IMG/VR virus record: IMGVR_UViG_3300011102_000438
Length of the DNA stretch: 64,000 bases
Origin: a virus
Strand: one strand, 5' to 3'
Below are positions 10,910 through 22,000 of the stretch, piece after piece; the stretch's first letter is position 1, and each line of letters starts with the position of its first letter. A model generated the notes under the pieces. That model had not been told where the DNA came from. It made no database searches and worked only from the letters and a program-made list of their open reading frames with translations. Both the position numbers and the translations under genes were made by a program.

Positions 10910-13900
10910 TTAATCTTCGTATATGCCAGTACGTATTGCGCGCTTTAGTTTTCGTTCATAATCTCTGTTTTCTCTGATCATTTTGTCCATGGCGCTGACA
11001 TCGCCACCCAGCCGAATAGCGGCCTGATAGTCTTCATGCAACTTCTTCCCTATAGTCTCCATCCGTCTGTTATACTTCTCCTTTAACCGTTCTTTCTCTT
11101 CCTCTGATGCATTTTTGAGTCTGCTATAATAATCTGCTTTGGCATCTGCCACTTCTTTGGTATGGTCCTTCAGTTTGTAGAAAAACCCTTTGGTCACGTC
11201 GACCTTGTATCCCTTGCCGCCGAACAAGGCAGCCAACTCATTCATCTTGTCTTCTCTGCTATACAAGCGTTCAAGGAAGCCAATGGTAGAGGGCTTAGCC
11301 ATCTCCAGCATATAAGACAGCCTGTCAATAAACTGATCCCCCAGCGGGTCAGCATCATGTGAGATAGGTCGTCCTCTCCAATCTTCTTTCTTCTCAATAT
11401 CTATCCATGCACCAAAAAGAATTTCATATTCCGTAAATGGATTAAGAAATTCCCTAATGGCTGCCCACACCCCCGGTTCTTCCACATCCTGCCCACCGGA
11501 AGTAAGCGCGTTCATGGTTCGGAAAATCACACCATACGGGTCAAGAGCCGCTACGTCATACACCATATAGACACCATGCCCATTGTCTCTTGCCAGTTTG
11601 TCTGCGCTGCGCATGAAAAAAGGAACATAGCGGTTAATGTCATTGAGTTTCTGCTCTTCTTCTTCATCGTTGGCAAACGCGAACAGTCCCGCCATGCCTA
11701 CGCCGGTCATTTGGGCAATAGCGTGTAAGGCAATCACGCGGGCACTCATGTAGGCAGTAATACCTAAGAGACGTTGAATACCCAACGGACGCAGTTGCGG
11801 GTCTTTCAAATCATTCTTTACATAACTGATTGTATTATATAAGTTGCGTACTACCTCTGCCTGAAAGGATATGAAGTTGCCAAAGATTGGCATGTATTTG
11901 CTGATCACTTTTGCCCCTGGCACTACCCTGTCATAAGTAGGGTAGGTGGCTTTGGTTCTTTCGGATGCTTCAAGGTCTATTTGCTCCATTTCTTCCGGAG
12001 ACAAGTCTTTGTAGGATTTCTCATACCGCGCCCGCGACAACGATTCGGCTTCATTCAGAAAACCGTAGATTTTCCAGAAGTCGTCTGATGCACCGTACAT
12101 TTTATTGAGGTAGCTGATCGGTTTGGCAACGCTGTTCGTTATTTTTCTGATCGGCGTTTTTTCTTTCAGCGTGGCAGTCAGTGCGATTTTCTCAATGTCA
12201 TCGGACTGAAACATGGCTTTTAACTCACGCATACCTACACTTTGCCCTACCAGTCCCAGCCGAATAGCTTTCTCTATCAATTCGTCAGTTGACTTTTCGC
12301 CTTTAATCAGTTTATCCTTTAAATACTTCCATGATTGTTTTGCTTTGCCCGCGCGGTAGTGTCCGTTCATAATGGCAAAGCCAACGTTTGATTCAAAGTT
12401 TTTGAACTGCGTAACAATTGACCCAACGGTTTTGCCCCAACGAACAGCACCTACGACTTTCATGTAGACCAGAAACTTTCGTTCTTTCTCTACTTCTTTA
12501 AACGCTTCTTTGACTTCCGGATAGGTATACAGGCCGTTAAGTGGTGACCAGGTTTCGCTGCCTTCGGCGGCTATAGGCACGCTGGCACCAGCTGGGCGGT
12601 CTACATCGTCTTTCTTGAAGAAAATCGTACCCATGCCCATATCCCGGACTTTGGTCAGAAATTCTGCCTGTGATTTTAAAGAAGCCACACGCGCTATGGT
12701 CAGCGCGAAGTTTAATCCGGGGTCTTTATATTCCCCCAGCAAATCCCTGATTTCCTTAGGAATTTCCTTGCGTTGTTTGAGGATACCTAAGTCTTTACCT
12801 CTTACCGCGGATTTGCCGACATCGAACTTTTCGCTTTTGCCGGCAAGGATAGCTTCCAACTCCTGTAATCCTATTTTGGCTGCGCGGTCTATAGCTTCCT
12901 GATCGTCTATATCGGGATTTTTCTCTTTGATCAGGCTATAGGCATCCTGCACCAGTAACCGATAGGCTTCATTGCGCACATTGCGTGGCACCTTTTTAGC
13001 CCAGTTCTTTTCATTAAAGATTTTATAGGAGCGCGTCAGATAGGTGCCAATATTGGATTCGATATTGAGCGCCTGCTCCTGTGAAACGAATCCACCGGTG
13101 ATTAGTTGATAAGATAATCCATCTATCATTGCCCGCATCTGCACCACAAAAGGCTGAATTATCTCCGGAAGTTGAGTATAAGCTTTCTCATCACCCCGTA
13201 AGGCGTTATCAAAGGCTTCCCAGTCATCAAACTTGTGCTTGGCCGCTTCTTTTTTTAGCTTTTTCACCACCTGCAAGGCTCGTCGCACTTCAAGCTGAAT
13301 ACTACCTTCCGCGTGATCGCGCAGAGGCAGTATCCAATTGGGTAATCCTGCCGCTGAACTGAACCACTTATCGCGAAACTTCTTAAATCCCGATTTATAG
13401 GGCTGAGGCCGGTCGGGTACTTCCGGGATAGCAGATTTCGGTAACTGGGTGGCTCTGGCCTCATCAATCAGGTTTTGGGCTTCCTGTTCTGTAATTTCTA
13501 ATTTATTGACAAGAATCGGGATTAACTGCTCATCGGGGAGGGTGGTATTGCGGATGAGGGATTTGAGACGGTTCCGGTCCACAGGCTTTATTAATGGTAA
13601 TGCATCCGCATCTGTAGAACTGGATTGTTCAGGCGCAGACACCACACTTTCAGTTAAGGCCATCAGGTAGTCTGCAATGTTATCAACGCTGATCTGCTCT
13701 TTGGCCTTAGTTATTTGGCGGTATTTCTCTGAAAAGAATTTGGCGATAGCAAGAAAGATGCGTCTGAGCACGCTATCACCTTTGTATTCCAGGTTTTTCA
13801 GCGCCTCATAAAACTTCTGATTGGTAAAGACCTCTGCCAGTAATTCATATTCATTGGATGCGCCATATTTATTTTCGTCAATAATGCCACGGGCTACAAA

Positions 13901-16546
13901 GGCTGAAATCACCGCTCCGTTATCAGGAAGCTTCATAGCTTTTCGTACCTCATCCAGCATTATCGACAATTCTTCCTGGAAGGCCTTGTTGGTAGCAATT
14001 TCATTACGCGTAGCGGCATGCATTAATTCATGCAGTCCCGTACGATAGAGCGTATCATAATCCTTTATATGATCAAAATTCAGTTCGATCCTGCCGTCTT
14101 TATGAGAAAGCCCTAATACCCCCGGATTCAGTTTCCCTTTGGTATCAATGCGGATGTTAGGATTGCTCTCAACGATCGGCGTCAGGAAGTTAATAACACG
14201 CTCAATAAGTTGGTCGCCCTGATAAAATTGCCGGGACCGTTCCAGTATGGTGGTTGGCGTGTATTGTGTTATGTCTTCATCAGGCGGCCGCTGATTATTT
14301 TCTCTATTGATTTCGCCTAATTTCGGCATTACGCCTTCTGTCTGCTGAACAGCAGCAGGCTTCTGTACATTCTCAGCAGCGGCTGCTGGTTCCAGCTCTG
14401 CTGAAGACAGCAGACGATCCAGTTCCTGTCCGAACTGTTCGGGGGTGCCGATTTTTTCAGCCGACTCCTGCGGCGTCATTGTCGATTCAGCAGTTGCTGC
14501 TTTCGGAGGTTGCGTTTCAACAACCGGCTCCTGTACTTCAGTTTCTTCTGCAGGTGTTTCTTCAGCAGCTTCCAGGTATTCCTGTAGCTGCTTATCCGCC
14601 TTCGTCTCTTCTCTGGTCTTTCTGTCTTTGGACAATTCAACGATTTCCTCATTGATCTTTTCAATCTTCTGTCGGACTGGCTCCTGCAGCGCTTCATCCG
14701 TATTTTCCAACTGTTTCCGTAGTGCTTCGCGTTGCTGGATTTTTTCTATAATTTTTTGCCGGGATTCGTCACGGATATTATCCGGCACTTTTTCGTCGAG
14801 TTGCTTCTGTTGCAAAATCTCTTGCCGGGTTTGCTCAGCATCTTCCTGTGTGATTAGACCATCAGCCACCATATTGCCTAACTGCTGGTCGATAGTTTCC
14901 TGTGGCTGCCGGGCAACATGATACAGAAGATTTTTGAATGCTTTGGCGCTTTTAAGTGCCACGCGACCTGCCTGCGTAATCCCTGCTACACCGAGTGAAA
15001 AAATCATTTCGCCGGTAATGGCTTCCGTTACCCCTTCATCTTCCATGCGGGCAATCCCTTTCTCCTGCGCTTTGATATTCTTTTCGGTTTGTAAGTAACC
15101 AGCCACTAAACCTTCACCTAATCCTTCAAGAGTAATATCTTTCAGGAATTTGCCGCTTTCCAGGATAGCATTTTTAGTAGCATTCAAAAAGCCGCCTGTT
15201 ATTCTCGGCTTAGGCAGTGATTTCATACCCCAACGAGCACCTACAGCAGACGAGACAATTCCTTCAATGGCACTTAGTTTACCTTCATCGCGCGCCTGCG
15301 CACGTGCTACCTGTAAGGCTTCTTCGGGGCTTTTGCCTTCGTTCCTCAACTGGTTATAGGTTTCTTCGAGGGCTGTATAATAGCCACGCTGGTAATATTC
15401 CGGAGTATTGATTGCAGCAGCAGCCACCGTTGCGCCAAGGCCTCCCGTTGCAGCACCGGCAAGAGCAGCCGCTGCGCCCCCCTTCAACATAGGCATTGCT
15501 TCCATGCCTACCATTTGCCCAAACGATGCAGCCCCTTCGTATACGGGTATGGGTTTGTCCGGGTCATAACTGGCCCGCTGTTTTTCAAAATGCTCAATAA
15601 GTTCCTGATCAGTGGCCTTGTTGGCAAAGTCATAGCCGTGCAGTTGTCGTATTCTTTCCTGCGAACCATGTACCACGGCGTCAAAAAAAGATACAGGCTT
15701 TTGCAGGGTGCCACTGGTTACATCATAGCGGATTTCTCCCTTGCGAATGCCTTCAAGGTTTTTTAATACCCGCTGATTTTTGTAGTCGGCCGCAAGGTCG
15801 GGGTCTTCCGGTAATTCATCTACCCGGTCGGCAATATACATGGCCTCCTGTATCTCTTTAGCCTTTTCCGGTTTTTTGGCTGCTACACTTTTTAAGAAGC
15901 TCCGGGAATTATTGGGGTCGCTTAAAATAGCAGTCTTGGTTTCAATTTTTTCTTCTTCGCTAATTGGTTGTGCAGCGGGATTAATATTTACAAAATCTTC
16001 CGGTCGTTGCGGTAGCACGCGTGGCATATCCGATCGGGGGCCAGCGGCGAACTGGTCTAATTGCTGTTCTGCATGTCGGCGGTAGCGACCTTCTTTAATC
16101 AACTCGGTCAATACATCTTCATTGCCGAGTAACTCATTTTTCAGTACTTTATGGGATTGAACAGCTTTTTTAGTGAGTTCCTTTTTCTGTTTTTGATAGC
16201 GTTCTTCATAGTCTTTATGCAATTTGGACATGTCCAGTTCCCTGGGCATACCCTTAGGAATGGCCGTAGATTCGGACACAGCTTTTTCACGGGGAACCTT
16301 GGTAATGTCCAATGGGGGGATTTCACTGGCAGCAAAATATTGCCGGTTAAATTCTTCTTGGGATTTGGTGTATAATCCCTGTTCCCGTATGACATTATAC
16401 AGGCGTTCTCGGTTGGCGCGGTCGCTGTACTTGGTTTTAAATTCATCGAAAGACTTTGTATACAGGCCCTGTTGTTTTACAACCTTGTACAGTTTCTCTA
16501 ACGGGTCGCCGCTTTGTAATTGTTCATATGTTTCGTTCGTTGCCAT
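10910..16546 (-). CDS. Large DNA-ejection/cargo protein with zincin-like metallopeptidase motif
   Basis: 1878 aa; GLHELMHA (HExxH) plus downstream ELLAE; Gly/Ala-rich hydrophobic segments; repeated QGLYTKS N-terminal motif. Confidence 0.65.
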   Translation of the reverse strand: MATNETYEQLQSGDPLEKLYKVVKQQGLYTKSFDEFKTKYSDRANRERLYNVIREQGLYTKSQEEFNRQYFAASEIPPLDITKVPREKAVSESTAIPKGMPRELDMSKLHKDYEERYQKQKKELTKKAVQSHKVLKNELLGNEDVLTELIKEGRYRRHAEQQLDQFAAGPRSDMPRVLPQRPEDFVNINPAAQPISEEEKIETKTAILSDPNNSRSFLKSVAAKKPEKAKEIQEAMYIADRVDELPEDPDLAADYKNQRVLKNLEGIRKGEIRYDVTSGTLQKPVSFFDAVVHGSQERIRQLHGYDFANKATDQELIEHFEKQRASYDPDKPIPVYEGAASFGQMVGMEAMPMLKGGAAAALAGAATGGLGATVAAAAINTPEYYQRGYYTALEETYNQLRNEGKSPEEALQVARAQARDEGKLSAIEGIVSSAVGARWGMKSLPKPRITGGFLNATKNAILESGKFLKDITLEGLGEGLVAGYLQTEKNIKAQEKGIARMEDEGVTEAITGEMIFSLGVAGITQAGRVALKSAKAFKNLLYHVARQPQETIDQQLGNMVADGLITQEDAEQTRQEILQQKQLDEKVPDNIRDESRQKIIEKIQQREALRKQLENTDEALQEPVRQKIEKINEEIVELSKDRKTREETKADKQLQEYLEAAEETPAEETEVQEPVVETQPPKAATAESTMTPQESAEKIGTPEQFGQELDRLLSSAELEPAAAAENVQKPAAVQQTEGVMPKLGEINRENNQRPPDEDITQYTPTTILERSRQFYQGDQLIERVINFLTPIVESNPNIRIDTKGKLNPGVLGLSHKDGRIELNFDHIKDYDTLYRTGLHELMHAATRNEIATNKAFQEELSIMLDEVRKAMKLPDNGAVISAFVARGIIDENKYGASNEYELLAEVFTNQKFYEALKNLEYKGDSVLRRIFLAIAKFFSEKYRQITKAKEQISVDNIADYLMALTESVVSAPEQSSSTDADALPLIKPVDRNRLKSLIRNTTLPDEQLIPILVNKLEITEQEAQNLIDEARATQLPKSAIPEVPDRPQPYKSGFKKFRDKWFSSAAGLPNWILPLRDHAEGSIQLEVRRALQVVKKLKKEAAKHKFDDWEAFDNALRGDEKAYTQLPEIIQPFVVQMRAMIDGLSYQLITGGFVSQEQALNIESNIGTYLTRSYKIFNEKNWAKKVPRNVRNEAYRLLVQDAYSLIKEKNPDIDDQEAIDRAAKIGLQELEAILAGKSEKFDVGKSAVRGKDLGILKQRKEIPKEIRDLLGEYKDPGLNFALTIARVASLKSQAEFLTKVRDMGMGTIFFKKDDVDRPAGASVPIAAEGSETWSPLNGLYTYPEVKEAFKEVEKERKFLVYMKVVGAVRWGKTVGSIVTQFKNFESNVGFAIMNGHYRAGKAKQSWKYLKDKLIKGEKSTDELIEKAIRLGLVGQSVGMRELKAMFQSDDIEKIALTATLKEKTPIRKITNSVAKPISYLNKMYGASDDFWKIYGFLNEAESLSRARYEKSYKDLSPEEMEQIDLEASERTKATYPTYDRVVPGAKVISKYMPIFGNFISFQAEVVRNLYNTISYVKNDLKDPQLRPLGIQRLLGITAYMSARVIALHAIAQMTGVGMAGLFAFANDEEEEQKLNDINRYVPFFMRSADKLARDNGHGVYMVYDVAALDPYGVIFRTMNALTSGGQDVEEPGVWAAIREFLNPFTEYEILFGAWIDIEKKEDWRGRPISHDADPLGDQFIDRLSYMLEMAKPSTIGFLERLYSREDKMNELAALFGGKGYKVDVTKGFFYKLKDHTKEVADAKADYYSRLKNASEEEKERLKEKYNRRMETIGKKLHEDYQAAIRLGGDVSAMDKMIRENRDYERKLKRAIRTGIYED

Positions 16547-18318
16547 TAATCCAGAATACCTTTTAATGATTCATTGGATGAGGTTGTGTCCGCCTTCGGC
16601 TGGCTGGCCGGGGCTTCAGTGGCTTTTTTCAGGTAATCAGCCATTGCTTTTTTCGTCGGGAATGTTTTCTTTACCTCCCTGCCGTCTTTTTCCAGTATGA
16701 GATAATATTTGTCTCCTACCCATGCCCGTGGGTTAAGCCCTGACCGTTCGTCTGCTTCTATTACTTTTCCTTCGGATGTTTCAATACCCTTCATGTCTTT
16801 GAATTTCATTTTTTCAAAATCCCGGACAGGGGCTTTAGGTGCCGGAAGTTTAGGAGGAGTGCTCTTCTTGGTAAACCTTCCTCCTTCGTAACCAGCCTTC
16901 TCCATTACATTTCGTATATAGGCAGGATTAAGATTATTATATCCCGATAGTTTGTTGAGCTCTTGAAAGATTTTGTTTTCTGGAATAACTTTTTCGTTGC
17001 CCTGACGGTCAATCAGGATCAGTGATCTTGATTGCGGGTCTTGGTAGACGGACTTATACATATCATCCGGTTCGTTACCGTACTTTAAATCCGGTAGAAG
17101 AGGCGTCAGGTCAAGTACCGTCTTGCCGTTATGGGTAACCGGGTCACCGGTGTAGTCGGGGTCAAAGTTGAAGGCATTGGCTATTATGTCCGCATAGGTG
17201 GTGGTGCGGGTAGGTTTCTTTTCATCTTCTCCTTGAGAAGGAGGTTTGCGTGTAGCCTCGTAATATTTCCGGGTAGCCTCAAGGAGTGCCGGTGTCTGCG
17301 CTATCTCTGCTTTGGTAGCTGCCGCCGTTTCTTTGGGCTTATCAGTAAACTTGAAGTAAGATTTGTCGCGGGATTTTAATTCATCATACACTACAGCGCG
17401 CGCCATCATATCCCATTGAGGCGATCCTTCGGGAGGAATTTCTTTGGCTCCCGCCTTTTTAAAATACTCTCTCACCTGTCCGCGTACATAGGCTTGCAAG
17501 CCAGGATTGTTCCCGACAATCTGCTGGTAAACATTTTCAGCAACAATCTTATGCGGTTTGCCTTCATCATCTTCTATGGTTGTGCTGACAATATCTATTC
17601 CTAACGGTTTGCCTTCTTGGTCAGTAGCAATCTCTCCGTTTTCGGTTCGTTGAATATCCATCCACGGGGGCAGTTTGGCTTCATAAGAAAACTGCCTGGT
17701 TTTTCCGGGCCCCAGGGCTTTGGTAATATCTTCTCCTATGCTTCTTAACGGCGCATTTTTTACATACTCATCAAATACAGTAGCGGATGTTACCAGTTCA
17801 GGGCTGCTTTTAATTACTTCTCCAATAAAATCCATTGAAGGGTCTACTTGCGAAATGTCTTTTAGTTTGCCCTGTTCATCAAAAAACGCCCGCTGACTGG
17901 CCAGTTTTTTTACGGCATCCAGATTAAATCCCGGAACGTTTTTTAACTGGGTTATTCCCTGCTCAATCTGGTTCTTAATCAGTTTGGCTTTGGTGCTGTA
18001 CTCACCCAGTTTTTTGACGCCGGGCCCCAAGGCCATCATGAGGTCAGCCGGTGAGGCTCCTTGTTGCGCAAGTTCCGCTCCCTGTGTCAACAGATCATTC
18101 AGTTGTTGGCTGACCAAGGGATCATAGTGGGTGCCGGTCAGAAAATCATCCGGGTTGAGATAGCCTGCCAGGAACTTAGCACTACCGGCCCGCTGCGCCT
18201 GCTGTTGCTGGCGTTGTTGTTCGGACTTCAGGCGGCGGCGTTCAAGTGTTTCACCAGCCTGATACAGGCCTTCGAACCGTGGGGCATCTATGATAAAATT
18301 TTGTACGTCTACGGCCAT
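16546..18318 (-). CDS. Putative DNA-ejection (internal virion) protein
   Basis: 590 aa, located between the pilot-like gene and the large ejection gene. Confidence 0.55.
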   Translation of the reverse strand: MAVDVQNFIIDAPRFEGLYQAGETLERRRLKSEQQRQQQQAQRAGSAKFLAGYLNPDDFLTGTHYDPLVSQQLNDLLTQGAELAQQGASPADLMMALGPGVKKLGEYSTKAKLIKNQIEQGITQLKNVPGFNLDAVKKLASQRAFFDEQGKLKDISQVDPSMDFIGEVIKSSPELVTSATVFDEYVKNAPLRSIGEDITKALGPGKTRQFSYEAKLPPWMDIQRTENGEIATDQEGKPLGIDIVSTTIEDDEGKPHKIVAENVYQQIVGNNPGLQAYVRGQVREYFKKAGAKEIPPEGSPQWDMMARAVVYDELKSRDKSYFKFTDKPKETAAATKAEIAQTPALLEATRKYYEATRKPPSQGEDEKKPTRTTTYADIIANAFNFDPDYTGDPVTHNGKTVLDLTPLLPDLKYGNEPDDMYKSVYQDPQSRSLILIDRQGNEKVIPENKIFQELNKLSGYNNLNPAYIRNVMEKAGYEGGRFTKKSTPPKLPAPKAPVRDFEKMKFKDMKGIETSEGKVIEADERSGLNPRAWVGDKYYLILEKDGREVKKTFPTKKAMADYLKKATEAPASQPKADTTSSNESLKGILD

Positions 18319-19028
18319 GTTGTTTTAATTGGAGGTAAAGGAATAGCACCCGTGTTGGGTGTATTGTAAAGTGGAGTGGTGGAGAAGTTTGTGGAGGCGG
18401 CTAAGCCTGCGGAAGGATAGTAATAACCGCCGCTATTCATCATGCTGCCAGTTCCTCCCATACCACCAGCTCCTGCCAGTCCCATATTCATCATGCCGAA
18501 ACCAAGATTGCTCAGCCCCTGCCACGCATTGGCCCTGTTGGCGGCCTGTGCGCCCCGGATACTTACCATGTCCTGAAACCGTCGTACCTGATCCTGATAC
18601 TGCTTGTCTCCTTCGGCAATCATGCCTTGTTGGGCACCTGTAAGATTGCCCAAACGGTTGTAATAATCCTGTGATTCCTGCAGTCCCAACTGCCCCAATG
18701 CCTGATTAGTCTGTCCCTGCGCTCCGGCAGCTAAGGCCAGTGCTTGTGAGGCATCGGTAGCGTTCCGGTTAATCTGCCCTAAGGCATTTGCCTGATTCGC
18801 ATAGATATTCCGTTCCATTGCTGCCGCTCCCGGCATACGGGCATTGAGTAAAGACTGGGCTAACCCCAACCGCTGTTTGGCAATCGGGTTAACCTGGTAT
18901 TGAGGATTTTGTTTGAGCAGTTTTTCCAGTTCTCGGTTAGCTTTCCGGGCGCCAAACATTTTTCCAATACCACCTATGAGTCCTAAACCGGCACCTACGC
19001 CGGCCATCGCTAAAAACGGAAATGCCAT
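18309..19028 (-). CDS. Putative DNA pilot/ejection protein
   Basis: Gly/Ala hydrophobic N-terminus with Q/A/N-rich helical body, typical of podoviral ejection proteins. Confidence 0.6.
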   Translation of the reverse strand: MAFPFLAMAGVGAGLGLIGGIGKMFGARKANRELEKLLKQNPQYQVNPIAKQRLGLAQSLLNARMPGAAAMERNIYANQANALGQINRNATDASQALALAAGAQGQTNQALGQLGLQESQDYYNRLGNLTGAQQGMIAEGDKQYQDQVRRFQDMVSIRGAQAANRANAWQGLSNLGFGMMNMGLAGAGGMGGTGSMMNSGGYYYPSAGLAASTNFSTTPLYNTPNTGAIPLPPIKTTWP

Positions 19029-19034
19029 AGTTTA

Positions 19035-22000
19035 TCAAGTTTTATGTCCGTGTGAAATTTCAAATCCAATATTTACCTTTTCCAGTTCGAGCGGGGTATT
19101 CGATACATCCCACTCCATAAGTATTTTAAGCACCCTTGTCCGTAGTTTTTCACCGTTCAATAATCCTGTTATATCGTACCCTGAATCTGTCGGCACCAGT
19201 TTGTTTCTGAATAGTGGCGCGTAAAACACGCCTTCCCGCACTGTATAATCAGTGTCTAACAGATCAGAAGATTGTTCGTAAGGTTCCTGTGAATAGAAGT
19301 AAGTAAGTGACGGCTTCAGGTTGGCGATCACTGAAATATTTTTGTACACCTTTGGTCGTTCGGGGAACATGTTTGCCACGAACATGATCCGGGACTTATA
19401 TTGCTGGCCAAAGAAATTACAATAGGTTTCCGTGTCGTTGAGTTGATAGAGCACCCCGTTTTTAAATGCATATACACTATTCTGAAAGTTGATCAACCAT
19501 TCAGGGGTGACGCTAAAAGCTCCCAGCCAACGGTTCGGTTCAATGGGAAGTTTGTATACCAGCGTCTTGGCCTGACCGTCCCAAATATCAAATGGATAAA
19601 TCATGGACGGATAATCAGGGAGGTTGCCCTTGGGAGGTGTTTCCAGCAACTTCGGGACAGCAACCAATAGTTCCCAGTGATGCGGGTCTACAGTGGTGAA
19701 TATAAACGGGCGGCTGCCTAATGCTTCGATCTCTTCTTGTGTCATGGACGTATACTGGTCGCTGAATTGCTTCCAATAGCGGGTCATGAGGTAATTGCTG
19801 ATCGGGAACAAACCGTTTAAGGAATACTGAATCATTTTCCCGTTTAGCACATCCACCCAATAGACATTTCCGCGGTGTTCGATAACTGATTCCGGGTTGA
19901 TAGTTCCGAACGAACCTTTTAACGGGTTGATGGTTCCGATTACACTATCTGACTGTGCGACAAAGGCGTTGCCGGTATTGCTTACCAATTGTTGTTCGCC
20001 CAGATACATGGAGGCGGTTTGTGATTCGCAGATTGCCAGCATCACAATACCTGGTTCGTCGTTCACTTTTGATGTCACCTGTAGTTTATGCAAGGGCCCC
20101 AATTCGTAGGATAGTATCTTTTCGTCCAGCGCATCAAAAGAACTCAACCCATTGGTAATGGTGCCGGGAATAAAGGTGTTTGACCATTTTATGCTGGTTT
20201 TTTTCGCCCGCTGACCGATTTTGTCAATAGTCTGAAAGCGACCGGCATCCGTGAACCAGTTTTTATAGTATTTGTCGTTGGGTGACATGCATTCAAACTC
20301 AGACTGTAGTCCGTCTGCAAGGGCTGTTACGTCCAACCCCCCATCAATATACCTTAGCAGGGTGTCTACATTTTTAATATCAAACTCGTTTAGGATAAAC
20401 ACCCGGCAACCGGCAGGAACAGTAATGTCCTGATTGAACTCAAACGTATATACCGTTCCTTCAACCAATGATCGGTTGGGGACTACCGTAGTAGAGGTAG
20501 TGGTCGAACCGTCGTTGTACGCTATGAAAATTTTAAAGTTGGTCAGTTCATTACTACCCCCCCCCGCATCGTAAAAGTTGAACCGGAATTTTCCCCGGAA
20601 ATTAAAATTCACCGCACTGCCCAACGTTTTAATAATCCATGTCGTATCATTGGTGTTAAAGCTCTCTGACGGAAAGTTTTGAAACGTGGAGTTACCTGCC
20701 AGATAATTGGAAGAAGAAGCAAGCTGTGAAACAATCGTCGCCGGGAGCGTATGAAGTTCAAAGTCGGTATTCAACTGACCAGAGACATTGTATTGGATAC
20801 GGTTGATCGTGTCACGCTCCTGCAGGTAAATGTCACCTCTTAGGGTTCCTGAAGTCGTAGAATAAGCTCGTGACGATGTGCCGGGGTTGGATATTGGATA
20901 AGCGGAGCCTTGTTCATAGTAGTAATTTTCGGATGCTGCAATACTGGGTGTGTAAATCTCAAAATTAGCTATGGCATAGAGAATATTGCCAAAATCAAAG
21001 TTTTCAGCAATGAGGTAATCTCCCACCACACCTTTTACGGAAAGGGTAGTATTGGTTTCTGTGTTGCCCACCTTGACGTTTACCCGTACCAAATCCCCTT
21101 CGTTGAAGACATACCCCATGCCGTACCCGTTGAGGATATTTAACCGTAAGGCTACCCCTTCATTGGCAGAAGAATAAGCATAGGTAGTAAACTCATAATT
21201 TCCGTCTCCGTTTTTGGTGGCATATACAATATTACCGGCAAACGCCTGCACAAAGAAAGTTCTGGTCAGGTCTTTGGTTGCCACTATGGAATAGTAATAG
21301 GCCCATTCAGGGATTTCCTGCAGGGCATTGGTATTGCTTAGCGTCCAGCCAATGTTATAGAATACTCCCGATAACTCATAATCCCGTTCAGGAACGGTAA
21401 CAATTGTCGGGGAAGGAATAACCCCGCATTGTCTTAAATACCGGTCATAAAATACAATACCCACCCTGCGGCTGGAACCGGACTTTACAGCCATTGCCGA
21501 AGAGGGCGAGTTTTGTGGGGTAGCCATCAGGCTCGTGACCAGCGGGGTATCATATCCCAACAGATTGTTGCCTAAGAACAGCCGGTTATTGGCAACCTCT
21601 AAAGTTTCCGCAAGCAGCGGGATACTATCAAAAGGTTTGGCCTTGGCCACATCGCTGATAGGAGTGTCTACATCGTTATTGGTAAAGTAATAGGTAAGCG
21701 GTTGTATGCCATCGTTATGATCTTCAATGGCGGTCGCATCATCAGCGTTGGCTTTGTCCCACGTTTTAATCTCAAAGGCTTTTTCGCCGTCTGCATAAAT
21801 CACGGCAAATACCACTCTTTGTACATCCTGTTCAATGTATTCCCCTAAAGGCGCTACCAGTTCAATTACATCATAGGTTTCGCTGGTGGCATTATAGGGG
21901 GCAAGGATAGAATGAACGGACAGCGTAGAATATTCTCCGTCCCTGTACACATAAAACCACGCGAACCGGAAAGCGCTGTTACGGATGTTGTTGTTATTGA

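Noticed and set aside
10910..18318. crAss-type virion RNA polymerase
   Set aside because: No catalytic DxDxD-like motif recognised; only a zincin motif seen
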